Shown here piece after piece: positions 20,396 through 29,978 of a DNA stretch of 64,000 nt. A model generated the notes under the pieces. The model saw only the letters and a program-made list of their open reading frames with translations. It was not told where the DNA came from and ran no database searches. Source of the stretch: Candidatus Hydrogenedentota bacterium (GTDB taxonomy: Bacteria; Hydrogenedentota; Hydrogenedentia; Hydrogenedentales; G963678445); NCBI GenBank assembly GCA_963678445.1, contig OY782877.1, positions 3,178,503-3,242,502 of the forward strand, given 5' to 3'. Position 1 is the stretch's first letter. Every line of letters begins with the position of its first letter. The position numbers and the translations under genes were made by a program.

Positions 20396-21628
20396 ATGAA
20401 TAGAAAACCGGAATTACTGGCGCCTGCCGGGGACTGGAGCGCTTTGACTGCGGCTGTTCAGGCGGGTGCTGATGCCATTTATTTTGGCGTCGACCGTTTC
20501 AATATGCGTCACCGCGCGAAAAATTTTACCCGTGAAGAACTGCCGGAAATCACAGCTTTCTGCAGAGAAGCTGGGGTGCAGACCCATCTAACGTTGAATA
20601 CGATTGTCTATGAAGACGAATTACCTTATGTCACAGAAGTCGTCGAGGAAGCCAAGCGTGCGCAGGTGGATATGATCATCTGTATGGACTTGGCGGTGAT
20701 GGAGGTGTGCCGGGCATTGAAGATGCCTTTTTGCGTCAGTACGCAGGCTTCGGTTTCAAATTCTGCAGCAGCCTGTTTTTATCAACGTCTGGGTGCAGAG
20801 CGGGTTGTATTGGCGCGCGAATGTACCCTCGATATGATTCGGGATATCCGGGGAAAAACGACAGTCGGAATCGAGGCGTTTATCCACGGGGCAATGTGTA
20901 TTGCGGTGAGCGGGCGCTGTTTTCTCAGCCATTACCTTTACGGGAAAAGTGGTAATCGGGGGGAGTGTAATCAACCGTGTCGACGTGAATTTTTTATTCA
21001 GGATAACGATGATCGGGGCAATCAGTTGATACTGGGGGAAGACTATGTGATGTCGCCCAGGGATCTTTGTACGATGGGATTTATTGATCAGCTTATCGAC
21101 GCGGGTATTGACTCCTTCAAGATTGAGGGCCGTATGCGAAACCCGGAATATGTCCGCTGTGTAGTAAGCTGTTACCGGCGTGCAATTGACGCCTGTTTTT
21201 CGGGGTGCTGGACGCGTGCATTGGCGGACAGTTTGACGGAGGAGCTAAAAACCGTTTTCAACCGGGGCTTTTCAACAGGATTCTACTTTGGCGCCCCCGG
21301 AGTCGATGACTTTGCTCGTCAGTATGGGAATCAGGCCACCACCAAAAAAGAGTTTGTCGGAAAGGTGCTGAATCACTTCCGAAAAGCCGGAGTAGTGCAT
21401 GTACGTCTTGAGGGTAGCGGTCTGGAAAAAGGAGACCAAGTACGTATCATCGGGCCGACTACGGGGGTTGTCAACTGTACGGTAAGCACCCTTCGATGTG
21501 ACGAAAAAGACACGGCCCTTGTTTCAAAAGGTGAAACGGTAACTTTCCCTTGCAATGAAAAAGTTCGTATGAATGATCAGGTCTATCGGATTTTACCCGT
21601 TACCCCGCCTTCTACATCCCGGAAATGA
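20396..21628 (+). CDS. Peptidase U32 family (collagenase-like) protein
   Basis: Start re-assigned to MNRKPELLAPAGDW, the canonical U32 N-terminus. Conserved E-x-F-x-H-G-A-x-C region (AFIHGAMCIAVSGRCFLS). Confidence 0.85.
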   Translation: MNRKPELLAPAGDWSALTAAVQAGADAIYFGVDRFNMRHRAKNFTREELPEITAFCREAGVQTHLTLNTIVYEDELPYVTEVVEEAKRAQVDMIICMDLAVMEVCRALKMPFCVSTQASVSNSAAACFYQRLGAERVVLARECTLDMIRDIRGKTTVGIEAFIHGAMCIAVSGRCFLSHYLYGKSGNRGECNQPCRREFFIQDNDDRGNQLILGEDYVMSPRDLCTMGFIDQLIDAGIDSFKIEGRMRNPEYVRCVVSCYRRAIDACFSGCWTRALADSLTEELKTVFNRGFSTGFYFGAPGVDDFARQYGNQATTKKEFVGKVLNHFRKAGVVHVRLEGSGLEKGDQVRIIGPTTGVVNCTVSTLRCDEKDTALVSKGETVTFPCNEKVRMNDQVYRILPVTPPSTSRK

Positions 21629-22030
21629 GCTCGGGTAGCAATGTGCCACCACGACAGGTAGAGAAGCAAAGAAAATGAATACATCGCTTTTGCCTTTTAT
21701 ATACAGGGGGATGGGGCGATCGAAGCCGTCAAAAACGGACCCGCTACGGCGTGAATGTACCACTGCATTAACAGCGATTTATAACGGGTAAAAAATTAGT
21801 GTAAAAAAAAGTAGCAATTTGATTGTCTTTGTGGTACTATACACCTGAGTTGAAAGGGTATCGGCTAGACTAGCCGGTCCAGGATGTGTACATTTGCCAA
21901 TCTTTTTCCTTACGAAGGCAGGCCTTATTTGACTATCGTGCGGATTTCGGAGAGCTGAGCAGAGACGCAGGCCGACGTGACTGTGCCGATACGATGGTTA
22001 TTGAAATGAGAGTTTTGTAGAGGAGAATAG

Positions 22031-22303
22031 TTGGTGAACATCTTTGTTGGAAATTTGTCGTACTCGTGCACAGAAGACGAACTGCGTGAAGCATTTGAAC
22101 AGTATGGCGAAGTCTCGTCGGCACGGATTATCTTGGATCGTGAAACCCAGCGCTCGCGCGGTTTTGGTTTCGTTGAAATGTCCAATGATAATGATGCGCG
22201 CGCCGCAGTAGAGGCGTTGGAAGGGTATTCTTTGGCTGGACGTAACATTCGTGTGAATGAAGCACGTCCGCGTGAAGATCGCCGGCCTTCTCACCGCTAC
22301 TAA
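22031..22303 (+). CDS. RRM-type RNA-binding protein (glycine-poor Rbp-like)
   Basis: RNP-2 IFVGNL and RNP-1 RGFGFVEM motifs. RBS aggagaa. The true start may be GTG at 22034. Confidence 0.85.
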   Translation: MVNIFVGNLSYSCTEDELREAFEQYGEVSSARIILDRETQRSRGFGFVEMSNDNDARAAVEALEGYSLAGRNIRVNEARPREDRRPSHRY

Positions 22304-22600
22304 AAATTACCCCAGAATTGTTGTAAGAAATGCTCTCTGTTTTTAAGTAAACAGAGGGCATTTTTGTTTTTAATTTTTTGGGGATAAGCTCTAAAAACCG
22401 CAAGAAGAGTTCTTGAAATACAGGAATGGATGGAATATCCTTCATACGAAGAGAGGGGAATGACCTTAGCTTATCGCTTGCGGATTATTCAGTCGTTCGG
22501 GGCGTCGGGATCGTTTATCCCATTGTTATGTTGTTGGAACCTCACGAATTTTATGAAAATCTTGAATGTGGGGAGAGCGTATTATAGGAATTAACGTGTA

Positions 22601-22996
22601 ATGAATTGCCCTGTATGTAACGAACCTATGGTAGTGGTTGAGCATCGCTCCATTGAAATTGACTATTGCCTTGCCTGTGGCGGGATATGGCTGGATGCAG
22701 ATGAAATAGAGTTGCTTTACCAGGATGCGGAGGCCTGTAGAGCGGTACTCTCTATTGGGAGTCCAGCTGATACGATCAATGAGAAAAAGAGGCGGTGCCC
22801 TATTTGCAAACGGCGTATGTGTAAAGAACAAACTACGGGGTTAGCATCCAGGATCATATTTGACAGTTGTCCGAATGGGGATGGTCTTTGGTTTGATAAT
22901 GGGGAATTGCTCGTTCTTCTTGAACAACGTGAATTCGTTAATCCGCACGTTGAAGAAACACGCCGTTTTCTTCGGGAAATATTTAAATCTGAATAA
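22601..22996 (+). CDS. Tandem zinc-ribbon (TFIIB-type) domain protein
   Basis: Two repeats of C-x2-C ... C-x2-C-G-G-x-W-(L/F)-D (CPVCN...CLACGGIWLD and CPICK...CPNGDGLWFD). Confidence 0.6.
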   Translation: MNCPVCNEPMVVVEHRSIEIDYCLACGGIWLDADEIELLYQDAEACRAVLSIGSPADTINEKKRRCPICKRRMCKEQTTGLASRIIFDSCPNGDGLWFDNGELLVLLEQREFVNPHVEETRRFLREIFKSE

Positions 22997-23036
22997 AATA
23001 GCCTCGGCAGGGGTATACGATAGCAGGAGGAATAAA

Positions 23037-23594
23037 ATGAATTTGTTTGTCATCGTACCATTTATATTGATAGTGCTTGTCTTTGTTTGGTTGACAGGGC
23101 TTTATAACGGCTTGGTGCGATTGCGTAATCAAGTTAAAAATGCCTGGGCGCAGATCGATGTTCAGCTGAAGCGACGTCATGATCTTATTCCTAACCTTGT
23201 CGAAACGGCTAAGGGCTATATGCAGCATGAGCGTGAAACCCTTGAAAATATTACCAAGGCGCGTAATCTTGCCAGTCAGGCCTCTGGCGCGGGAGCTCAA
23301 GGGCAAGCGGAGGGTGCTTTAGGACAAGCCCTCAGTAGTTTTTTTGTTGTTGTGGAAAATTATCCAGATCTTAAAGCCAATCAGAATTTTCTTGCATTGC
23401 AAGAGGAACTTACGTCGACAGAAAACAAAATTGGTTTTGCACGACAGGCGTACAACGATCAGGTTCTCCGTTTCAACAATAAAGTAGAGATGTTTCCGAG
23501 CAACATTGTTGCAGGGATGTTTCGTTTTCAACAGGCCGAATTTTTTGAGATAGAAACTCCAGCCGAGCGTGAAGTGCCTAAGGTGAGTTTTTAG
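23037..23594 (+). CDS. LemA family protein
   Basis: Start re-assigned to MNLFVIV with RBS aggagg. N-terminal TM helix plus the LemA signature (NGLVRLRNQVKNAWAQIDVQLKRRHDLIPNLV). Confidence 0.85.
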   Translation: MNLFVIVPFILIVLVFVWLTGLYNGLVRLRNQVKNAWAQIDVQLKRRHDLIPNLVETAKGYMQHERETLENITKARNLASQASGAGAQGQAEGALGQALSSFFVVVENYPDLKANQNFLALQEELTSTENKIGFARQAYNDQVLRFNNKVEMFPSNIVAGMFRFQQAEFFEIETPAEREVPKVSF

Positions 23595-23708
23595 GCGCTC
23601 CCGATAGAAAAGTTTTCCCGGAAATGAAATTTTACTGCGTACTGAGACAGTAAGCCCTTTGCTTTTGGGGTGTGCTTCCAGGATATAAAGCGGAGAGAAT
23701 CCGAAAAA

Positions 23709-25199
23709 ATGTGGGAACAAGTACGCGCTAATCGGCGTAAATCGATCTTGCTAGTGTTTGTAATGTTGCTTTTGCTCGGCGCATTTGGGTTTTCTATCGG
23801 AATGCTTGTCGAGGTATACCTTTTGGGCGGCACTGTGAACGATACGAAAGCTTCCTTTCCGCTTACGCAAAACACGATAGATTATTCCAGCGGTATTATT
23901 GGCATGGGCATTGCCTTTGGGCTGTGGTTTGTCATGGCCCTGGTAAGCTATTTTCAGGGGCATAAAATATTACTTGCGGTGAACGGTGCAAAACGGATTG
24001 AGAAAAGTGATCATCCCCGACTTTTTAATATTGTCGAAGAGATGAGTATTGCGGCAAGTCTGCCTAAGATGCCCCAAGTTTACATTGTGAACGATATGTC
24101 ACCCAATGCGTTTGCTACAGGACGTGATGCATCGCATGCTGCGGTTGCGGTTACTGCGGGATTGCTCTCAAAGCTTAACCGGGATCAGCTTCAGGGGGTT
24201 ATTGCACATGAGATTTCGCATATTGTAAATCGTGACGTGACCTTTATGAGTATGGTTGGCGTTATGCTTGGCACTATTGTCATGATATCTGAAACGATTT
24301 CGCGGATGTTTTTTTATTCGGGAGGTTCAACAGGGCATTCACGTCGGTATTCTTCGAGTTCCCAAAAAAAGGACGTAAATCTCGGGCCTATCGTATTGGT
24401 TTTTCTTGTTATAGCGATACTCGCGCCTATTTTTGCTCAGCTGATTTACTTTGCTATTTCCAGAAAACGAGAATACCTGGCGGATGCTAATGCGGCTGTG
24501 TTTACACGATATCCGGAAGGGTTGGCGTCGGCGCTTGAACTGATTGGACGCGACCCCAAGCCAGTCGTCAATGCGAATAACGCGACGGCTTCTATGTATA
24601 TCGTAAATCCATTTAAAAAGGTTGCGCCTTCGGCACTCAGTAGCACGCATCCGCCTATAGCGGAACGGGTGAAGATACTACGAAAGATGGGCGGTAATGT
24701 TTCCTACGAAACGTACCAAAATGCCTGGAGGAGTGTGGGGGAAAAAGCGGGAGCGCTTCCTGGCTCTGCGTTGCTAAATGATAAAAACACACCGGCGCGT
24801 GCGCCCCATGTTTCTTCGCAGGATACACAGACACCTACACAGCGCGTGCGTGAGGCGGGTGATCTTCTGAGAAATGTGAACCAGTTTGCTTTCCTTACTT
24901 GTACGTGTGGACTTCGCTTCAAGGTGCCGCCTACCCTTAAAAAGGATTCGTTCACATGTCCCCGGTGCAAAGCAAAGGTTGTGCTTCCGGTAGCGCAGAT
25001 GGCTATGTTGGAGCAGGTTGCCGATAGTATGTCAACGGCACCTTCGGAATCGGGGCAGCCATTGACCATTAAAAAGGAGCCCTGCCAGTGGACATCGTTC
25101 AAGTGTCAATGTGGGCAGCTTATCAACCTGTCTCCTTCTTTTCTTGCGCCTGAGGTGACATGCAAACATTGCAAGCGAAAAATTTCTGTAACTGTGTAG
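23709..25199 (+). CDS. M48-family Zn metalloprotease (HtpX-like) with two C-terminal zinc-ribbon modules
   Basis: TM helices flank an HEISH (HExxH) motif. C-terminal CTCG...CPRCK and CQCG...CKHCK ribbons. Classic LemA + M48/TPM-type gene pairing. Confidence 0.75.
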   Translation: MWEQVRANRRKSILLVFVMLLLLGAFGFSIGMLVEVYLLGGTVNDTKASFPLTQNTIDYSSGIIGMGIAFGLWFVMALVSYFQGHKILLAVNGAKRIEKSDHPRLFNIVEEMSIAASLPKMPQVYIVNDMSPNAFATGRDASHAAVAVTAGLLSKLNRDQLQGVIAHEISHIVNRDVTFMSMVGVMLGTIVMISETISRMFFYSGGSTGHSRRYSSSSQKKDVNLGPIVLVFLVIAILAPIFAQLIYFAISRKREYLADANAAVFTRYPEGLASALELIGRDPKPVVNANNATASMYIVNPFKKVAPSALSSTHPPIAERVKILRKMGGNVSYETYQNAWRSVGEKAGALPGSALLNDKNTPARAPHVSSQDTQTPTQRVREAGDLLRNVNQFAFLTCTCGLRFKVPPTLKKDSFTCPRCKAKVVLPVAQMAMLEQVADSMSTAPSESGQPLTIKKEPCQWTSFKCQCGQLINLSPSFLAPEVTCKHCKRKISVTV

Positions 25200-25311
25200 C
25201 ATTTGGGCACCGGAAAGTGCCGGTCACTGTAAAGACAGAAAGTACGTGCTTGAGTAGATGGAAGAGTAGTCTTACTGATGCGGAAGTTGTGCATGAAGAC
25301 ATCTCCCTTTT

Positions 25312-26616
25312 TCATTTGGCGGTTGAAATGTTGTTGGGAAGGCGGTTGAGCAGGGCTTCGAGGTAGCGGGATTTCATTTGTTGGCTGGCCAGGAGTTGCT
25401 TTACGGGGGGGAGTTTGAGAATAACGCCAAGGACTGCCGCCATGGCGCGGTGACTTTTTGCGGCGTGGTTGTCGAAGAGCAGGTGTTGTAGTGTGCCGCG
25501 TTCGATGGCCATAATCACGGTTCGATGTACGGAGTCGACGGGGGTGATAACGCGTTGCTCACGTGATTCCAGTCGGATACTTTCTTGTGGGCACACACGC
25601 ACGCAAACGCCGCAGCCCAGACATTGTTCGTCGACGAGATGGGCTCGTTTTCGTTTTGGGTATTTGGCATCGTTTGCCGAAACCAGTGTCATGGCCTCTA
25701 CGGGGCAGGTGTCTACGCATTTTCCGCAGCCGGTACAGCGCTCAATGTCGATCTCCGGAATGAAATTGGTGGTGTGAACTGGGTTGAGATGCCCGAATCG
25801 GCGTGCGGCGATCATGGCTTCGCAACAGCAGCCGCAGCAGTTACAGATAAAGTTTACGTGGTTGCGTGCATTTTCGCCGAATTGGACCAGGTTATATTCA
25901 TAAGCCTGTGTTAGCAGGTCCATACATTCCGCAGGCTCGATGGCGCGTGCATAGCCGTGTTGGGTAAGTGCGCGTGCGGAGGAGTTGAAGGTCATGCAAA
26001 TGTCCATGGGGGCGTCGCAGGCTTTTCCCAGATGATGCATTTTATGACGGCAGTAGCATGTGCCGACCCCAATATGGGTAGCCGTTTGGATGACTTCGCT
26101 GGCGCGCTCGTAATCCAGCACATACAGGGTGTTTTCTGGGGACAGGGCGGCTTCTTGTACGAAAACGCGGCCTAGTTGCGTTTCGCCTTCGGTGAACAGG
26201 GCTTTGATGAAGTCTTCTTCTACGTTCAGGTATTCATAGAATAGCTGCGCCAGCATCGCCTGATCGATTTCATCGGTAATGCGCATCATCGAAAATTCGA
26301 AGAAACCTGCCATGGGGGGCGGAAGCACGTAGGTAACTTCGCCCTCGGGGTCGACCAGGTCCAGTAACAGCGCACGATCCGCCAGGGCTTCCAGTTGTTT
26401 TTGTGCTTCTGCTTCGGACATTTTCCAGCGTTGCGCGGCTTTGGTTATAGTGAATGGTTTTAGGGGGAGTAGGGAAACCAATTCTGCTTCCCGCTCCGAA
26501 AACAGCATTTTCAGAATGCGAAACAGTAGTTTCGATGGCGGGGCTCCCTGGGGAAAGCGATTCAAACGTTCTACCAATGCGTCATAACTACCTTGCTTCA
26601 CTGTGCGGTGCGCCAT
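25312..26616 (-). CDS. 4Fe-4S dicluster ferredoxin-domain protein with additional Cys-rich (CNCCGCCC) region
   Basis: Two CxxCxxCxxxCP motifs (CTGCGKCVDTCP, CLGCGVCVRVCP). Start re-assigned to MAHRTVKQ. Confidence 0.6.
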   Translation of the reverse strand: MAHRTVKQGSYDALVERLNRFPQGAPPSKLLFRILKMLFSEREAELVSLLPLKPFTITKAAQRWKMSEAEAQKQLEALADRALLLDLVDPEGEVTYVLPPPMAGFFEFSMMRITDEIDQAMLAQLFYEYLNVEEDFIKALFTEGETQLGRVFVQEAALSPENTLYVLDYERASEVIQTATHIGVGTCYCRHKMHHLGKACDAPMDICMTFNSSARALTQHGYARAIEPAECMDLLTQAYEYNLVQFGENARNHVNFICNCCGCCCEAMIAARRFGHLNPVHTTNFIPEIDIERCTGCGKCVDTCPVEAMTLVSANDAKYPKRKRAHLVDEQCLGCGVCVRVCPQESIRLESREQRVITPVDSVHRTVIMAIERGTLQHLLFDNHAAKSHRAMAAVLGVILKLPPVKQLLASQQMKSRYLEALLNRLPNNISTAK

Positions 26617-26902
26617 AATTTCATTTTCTCCGTACAATCGCTCGGCTGCCGTATCCTAAGAACATCATAATAGGGGAGGAGGAATGGGGCAAGGCTTTTA
26701 TCTTCAAGATTTCGGTACAAGATTCTGCGTTTCCGTTATTTTTCATGGACTTTGTGCTTGGTTTGTTTAGGGACTTCGAGATCGGGGAGGCACTATGAAA
26801 TTTGGATGGTGTAATCGCGTTAGCGGGTAGGTTTTTAGATATTTCAGGTATGTTGAATGATTATTGGGCAGGAGTCTGATACGATAAAGTGTTTTGGGCG
26901 CG

Positions 26903-26966
26903 AGAAGCTTTAGTGGCCGCAAGCAAGCGGCCAGCGTTACAGGCCAATAGTATAGTTTTGCGTTCG
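26903..26966. repeat. Degenerate REP/MITE-like fragment, copy G
   Basis: tagtggccgcaagcaagcggccagcgttacaggccaatagtatag. Palindrome gtggccgc...gcggccag. Confidence 0.35.
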
Positions 26967-27029
26967 TGACTGACGTAAGGTTTTGTTTTTTATTACAACT
27001 ACGTATTTAGTTGTCCCGGAGGAGAAACG

Positions 27030-28976
27030 ATGAGAAAAGGTGCTTTAATCTGTTCAATTTTATTGCTAGTCACGGCTTCTTCAATGGCGGAAGTCTGGAA
27101 GGCGGCCTCACCCGATGGAAATATTGCCCTGACGGTGGAGGCGGGGAGAGGGATTACCTATAGTGTAGCGGTCAAGGGGAAGGAGGTGATTTCTCCGACT
27201 GAGATTGGTATGGCGTTTGATAAGGGGGCTATCGCGGGGGATGTGCGGGTGGATTCTGCCACGACGGAAGAGGTGAGCGCGGAGATTCGTCCTGCGGTGC
27301 CTGAAAAGCGTGCGGTGATTCCGGATATATACACGGCGTTAACCCTGCATGTGGACGGGGGCCATCAGCTGAGTTTCCGGGTGTATGACGATGCTGTGGC
27401 ATGGCGTTTTGCCACAGCTTTTGAAGGACCGGTAAAGGTGCTTTCAGAAACGGCGGCGTTTTCTTTGGCTGGGGATTACACCTTGGTGCGTACCAGCACA
27501 AAACGTCTTGAGAGTTCTTTTGAGTCGCCGTATACCCATGAATTGGTGTCGGAATTTGAAGCGGGCGCGCTTTCGTTTGCGCCGCTATTGGTCGATGCAG
27601 GTGATGTCACTTTGGTGATTACCGAGGCTGATCTCGATTCGTATCCGGGAATGTTCCTTAGCCGCAGTGAGGAGAGCGCTAGAACCTTGGAAGGGATCTT
27701 CCCGCGTTATCCCAAGCGAGAGAATGCTGTTGGTGATCGCCACGTTCGTGTGCTGCTACGGGAAGACTGGCTGGCTCAGACTGAGGGAAAGCGGACGTAT
27801 CCGTGGCGTGTTATCGCGATTGCGGAGGATCAGGGCGATCTGATAGCCAATGATGTTGTATACCGGCTTGGGCCGGATCTGGCGCTTTCGGATACGTCTT
27901 GGATTCAGCCTGGGAAGGTAGCGTGGGATTGGTGGAATGCCTGGAATATTTCTGGGGTAGACTTTAAGTCTGGATGTAATATTGAGACGTGGAAATACTA
28001 TGTCGATTTTGCCGCACGTCACGGTATTGAGTACATCATCCTTGACGAGGGCTGGTCGGATACGCGCGATCTCTTCAGCCGGAAAATTGATCTGGAGGAC
28101 CTTGCTAATTACGGCAAGGAGAAGGGGGTGAAACTCATCCTTTGGTGCGTCTGGTGTACGCTGGATCAGCAGCTCGATAAGGCGTTGGCGGATTTTGAGC
28201 GGCTGGGCATCGCTGGGGTGAAAGTGGACTTTATGGACCGCGACGATCAGAAGATGGTCGAGTTTTATCATAAGCTGGCGGCGGCTACTGCGAAGCATCA
28301 CCTGTTGTTGGACTTTCATGGTGCGTACAAGCCTACCGGGCTGCGTCGCGCCTATCCGAATCTGATTACGCGGGAAGGTGTATTTGGGATGGAAAACAGC
28401 AAGTGGTCGGACAAGTCCGATCCGGAGTACTGCGTCTCGATTCCCTTCATCCGTATGTTGGCGGGTCCGATGGACTATACGCCGGGGGCGATGAATAACG
28501 CGCAGAAAAATAATTTTCGCCCTATTTCAAACCGTCCGATGAGTCTGGGGACCCGTTGTCAGCAACTCGCGATGTACGTGGTTTTTGAAAGCCCGCTGCA
28601 AATGCTCAGTGATACGCCCGATGCCTATGAAGCGAATCAGGATTGCCTGGAGTTCATCGCTGCTACGCCGACCACTTGGGACGATACGGTGGCGCTGGGC
28701 GGTAGCGTGGGTGAGTATGTCGCGGTGGCTCGCAGGAAAGGGAAGGAGTGGTTTATTGGTGTCATGACGGACTGGAGCCCGCGTGAACTCACTCTGGATC
28801 TTTCTTTTCTACCGAAGGGAACGTGGGAGGCGGATTGTTTTGCGGATGGTGTCAATGCGGATCGGATTGGGACGGACTATAAACGGACGAAGCAACCACT
28901 TACTTCGGATAGTCAGCTGAAGGTCGTGCTGGCCCCGGGTGGCGGTTGGGTGGCCAGGCTGACCCAAGCCAAGTAG
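27030..28976 (+). CDS. Glycoside hydrolase family 97-like (alpha-glucosidase/alpha-galactosidase type)
   Basis: Signal peptide. 648 aa with central TIM-barrel motifs GIEYIILDEGW and GVKVDFMDRDDQ, flanked by beta-sandwich N- and C-terminal domains, as in SusB-like GH97. Confidence 0.7.
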   Translation: MRKGALICSILLLVTASSMAEVWKAASPDGNIALTVEAGRGITYSVAVKGKEVISPTEIGMAFDKGAIAGDVRVDSATTEEVSAEIRPAVPEKRAVIPDIYTALTLHVDGGHQLSFRVYDDAVAWRFATAFEGPVKVLSETAAFSLAGDYTLVRTSTKRLESSFESPYTHELVSEFEAGALSFAPLLVDAGDVTLVITEADLDSYPGMFLSRSEESARTLEGIFPRYPKRENAVGDRHVRVLLREDWLAQTEGKRTYPWRVIAIAEDQGDLIANDVVYRLGPDLALSDTSWIQPGKVAWDWWNAWNISGVDFKSGCNIETWKYYVDFAARHGIEYIILDEGWSDTRDLFSRKIDLEDLANYGKEKGVKLILWCVWCTLDQQLDKALADFERLGIAGVKVDFMDRDDQKMVEFYHKLAAATAKHHLLLDFHGAYKPTGLRRAYPNLITREGVFGMENSKWSDKSDPEYCVSIPFIRMLAGPMDYTPGAMNNAQKNNFRPISNRPMSLGTRCQQLAMYVVFESPLQMLSDTPDAYEANQDCLEFIAATPTTWDDTVALGGSVGEYVAVARRKGKEWFIGVMTDWSPRELTLDLSFLPKGTWEADCFADGVNADRIGTDYKRTKQPLTSDSQLKVVLAPGGGWVARLTQAK

Positions 28977-29198
28977 CGGACGAAATACGACAATAGCACG
29001 GGCCGGTGTCTGGGCGATGAGGTGGGGTATGACCCACATGTGCAAATGCACAGTATCGCCCGGCCCGGTCTTTTATTTTACCCGGGTAAAATAATCTCGG
29101 TAGCATCCTGCAGGGCAACCAAGCAACAAGGGTATTTTTGTCAAAACTGAAAATAACGCGCCTGTTCAGAGGGATGGGTTGATTGGGAGTTAGGAAAT

Positions 29199-29777
29199 AT
29201 GGAACAGGAAATGACGTATTCGGCATTTTCAGAACACAGATGTATTGCTTCTGGGGATGTGCAGACTATGGTGCTTGGGGTGAAAGACCATCTGGATAAG
29301 GGGGGGAATCCTGCCGTCCTTATATTCGAAGATAAAACGGGGAAGGAAATAGATTTTGATTTTCGGGGCACGTCTGAGGAGGTCCTGTCTCGACTCGCCA
29401 CTCATCCTGCGGTGGCGTCGGCTGCTCCAACGGAGTCGGTACCGAACAGGGGGCCAGGACGCCCTAAACTGGGTGTTGTCAGTCGCGAAATCTCGTTATT
29501 ACCCCGACATTGGGAGTGGCTTGAACAGCATCCGCGTGGCATATCGGTTACCTTGCGTACGCTGATTGATGAGGCTCGAAAGCGTGAGGGAACGAAGAAT
29601 CTAATGCGTGATCGTCAGGATGCGGCGAACCGATTTATGTGGGCAATGGCGGGCGATTTTCCTCATTTTGAAGAGGCCTCTCGTGCCTTGTACGCGGGGG
29701 AGCGTGAAAAGTTGGAGGCGTTGATGGTCGATTGGCCCGAGGATGTCCGGGGGTATGTAACACGTCTTCTTGGATGA
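29199..29777 (+). CDS. Hypothetical cytoplasmic protein (conserved DUF-like)
   Basis: 192-aa ORF with RBS ggagttagg. No motif recognised. Confidence 0.45.
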   Translation: MEQEMTYSAFSEHRCIASGDVQTMVLGVKDHLDKGGNPAVLIFEDKTGKEIDFDFRGTSEEVLSRLATHPAVASAAPTESVPNRGPGRPKLGVVSREISLLPRHWEWLEQHPRGISVTLRTLIDEARKREGTKNLMRDRQDAANRFMWAMAGDFPHFEEASRALYAGEREKLEALMVDWPEDVRGYVTRLLG

Positions 29778-29978
29778 TGTTTATCGCTCACTCTGGTTCC
29801 TGGATGGTGTATCAATGGGTTGAGGTATCGGGGCAACGTTTTGCCCCGGTTTTTTAAAGGGTGCTATACTGCCGTCTTGAGGCTATAGGGCGTACTTTGG
29901 GAGAAGTCTGTTTCTGCCAGAGTGATTCTGCTTTAGTGAGTGTAAAACTATCTTTATAAGGGGTGGGAAGTGCATATT

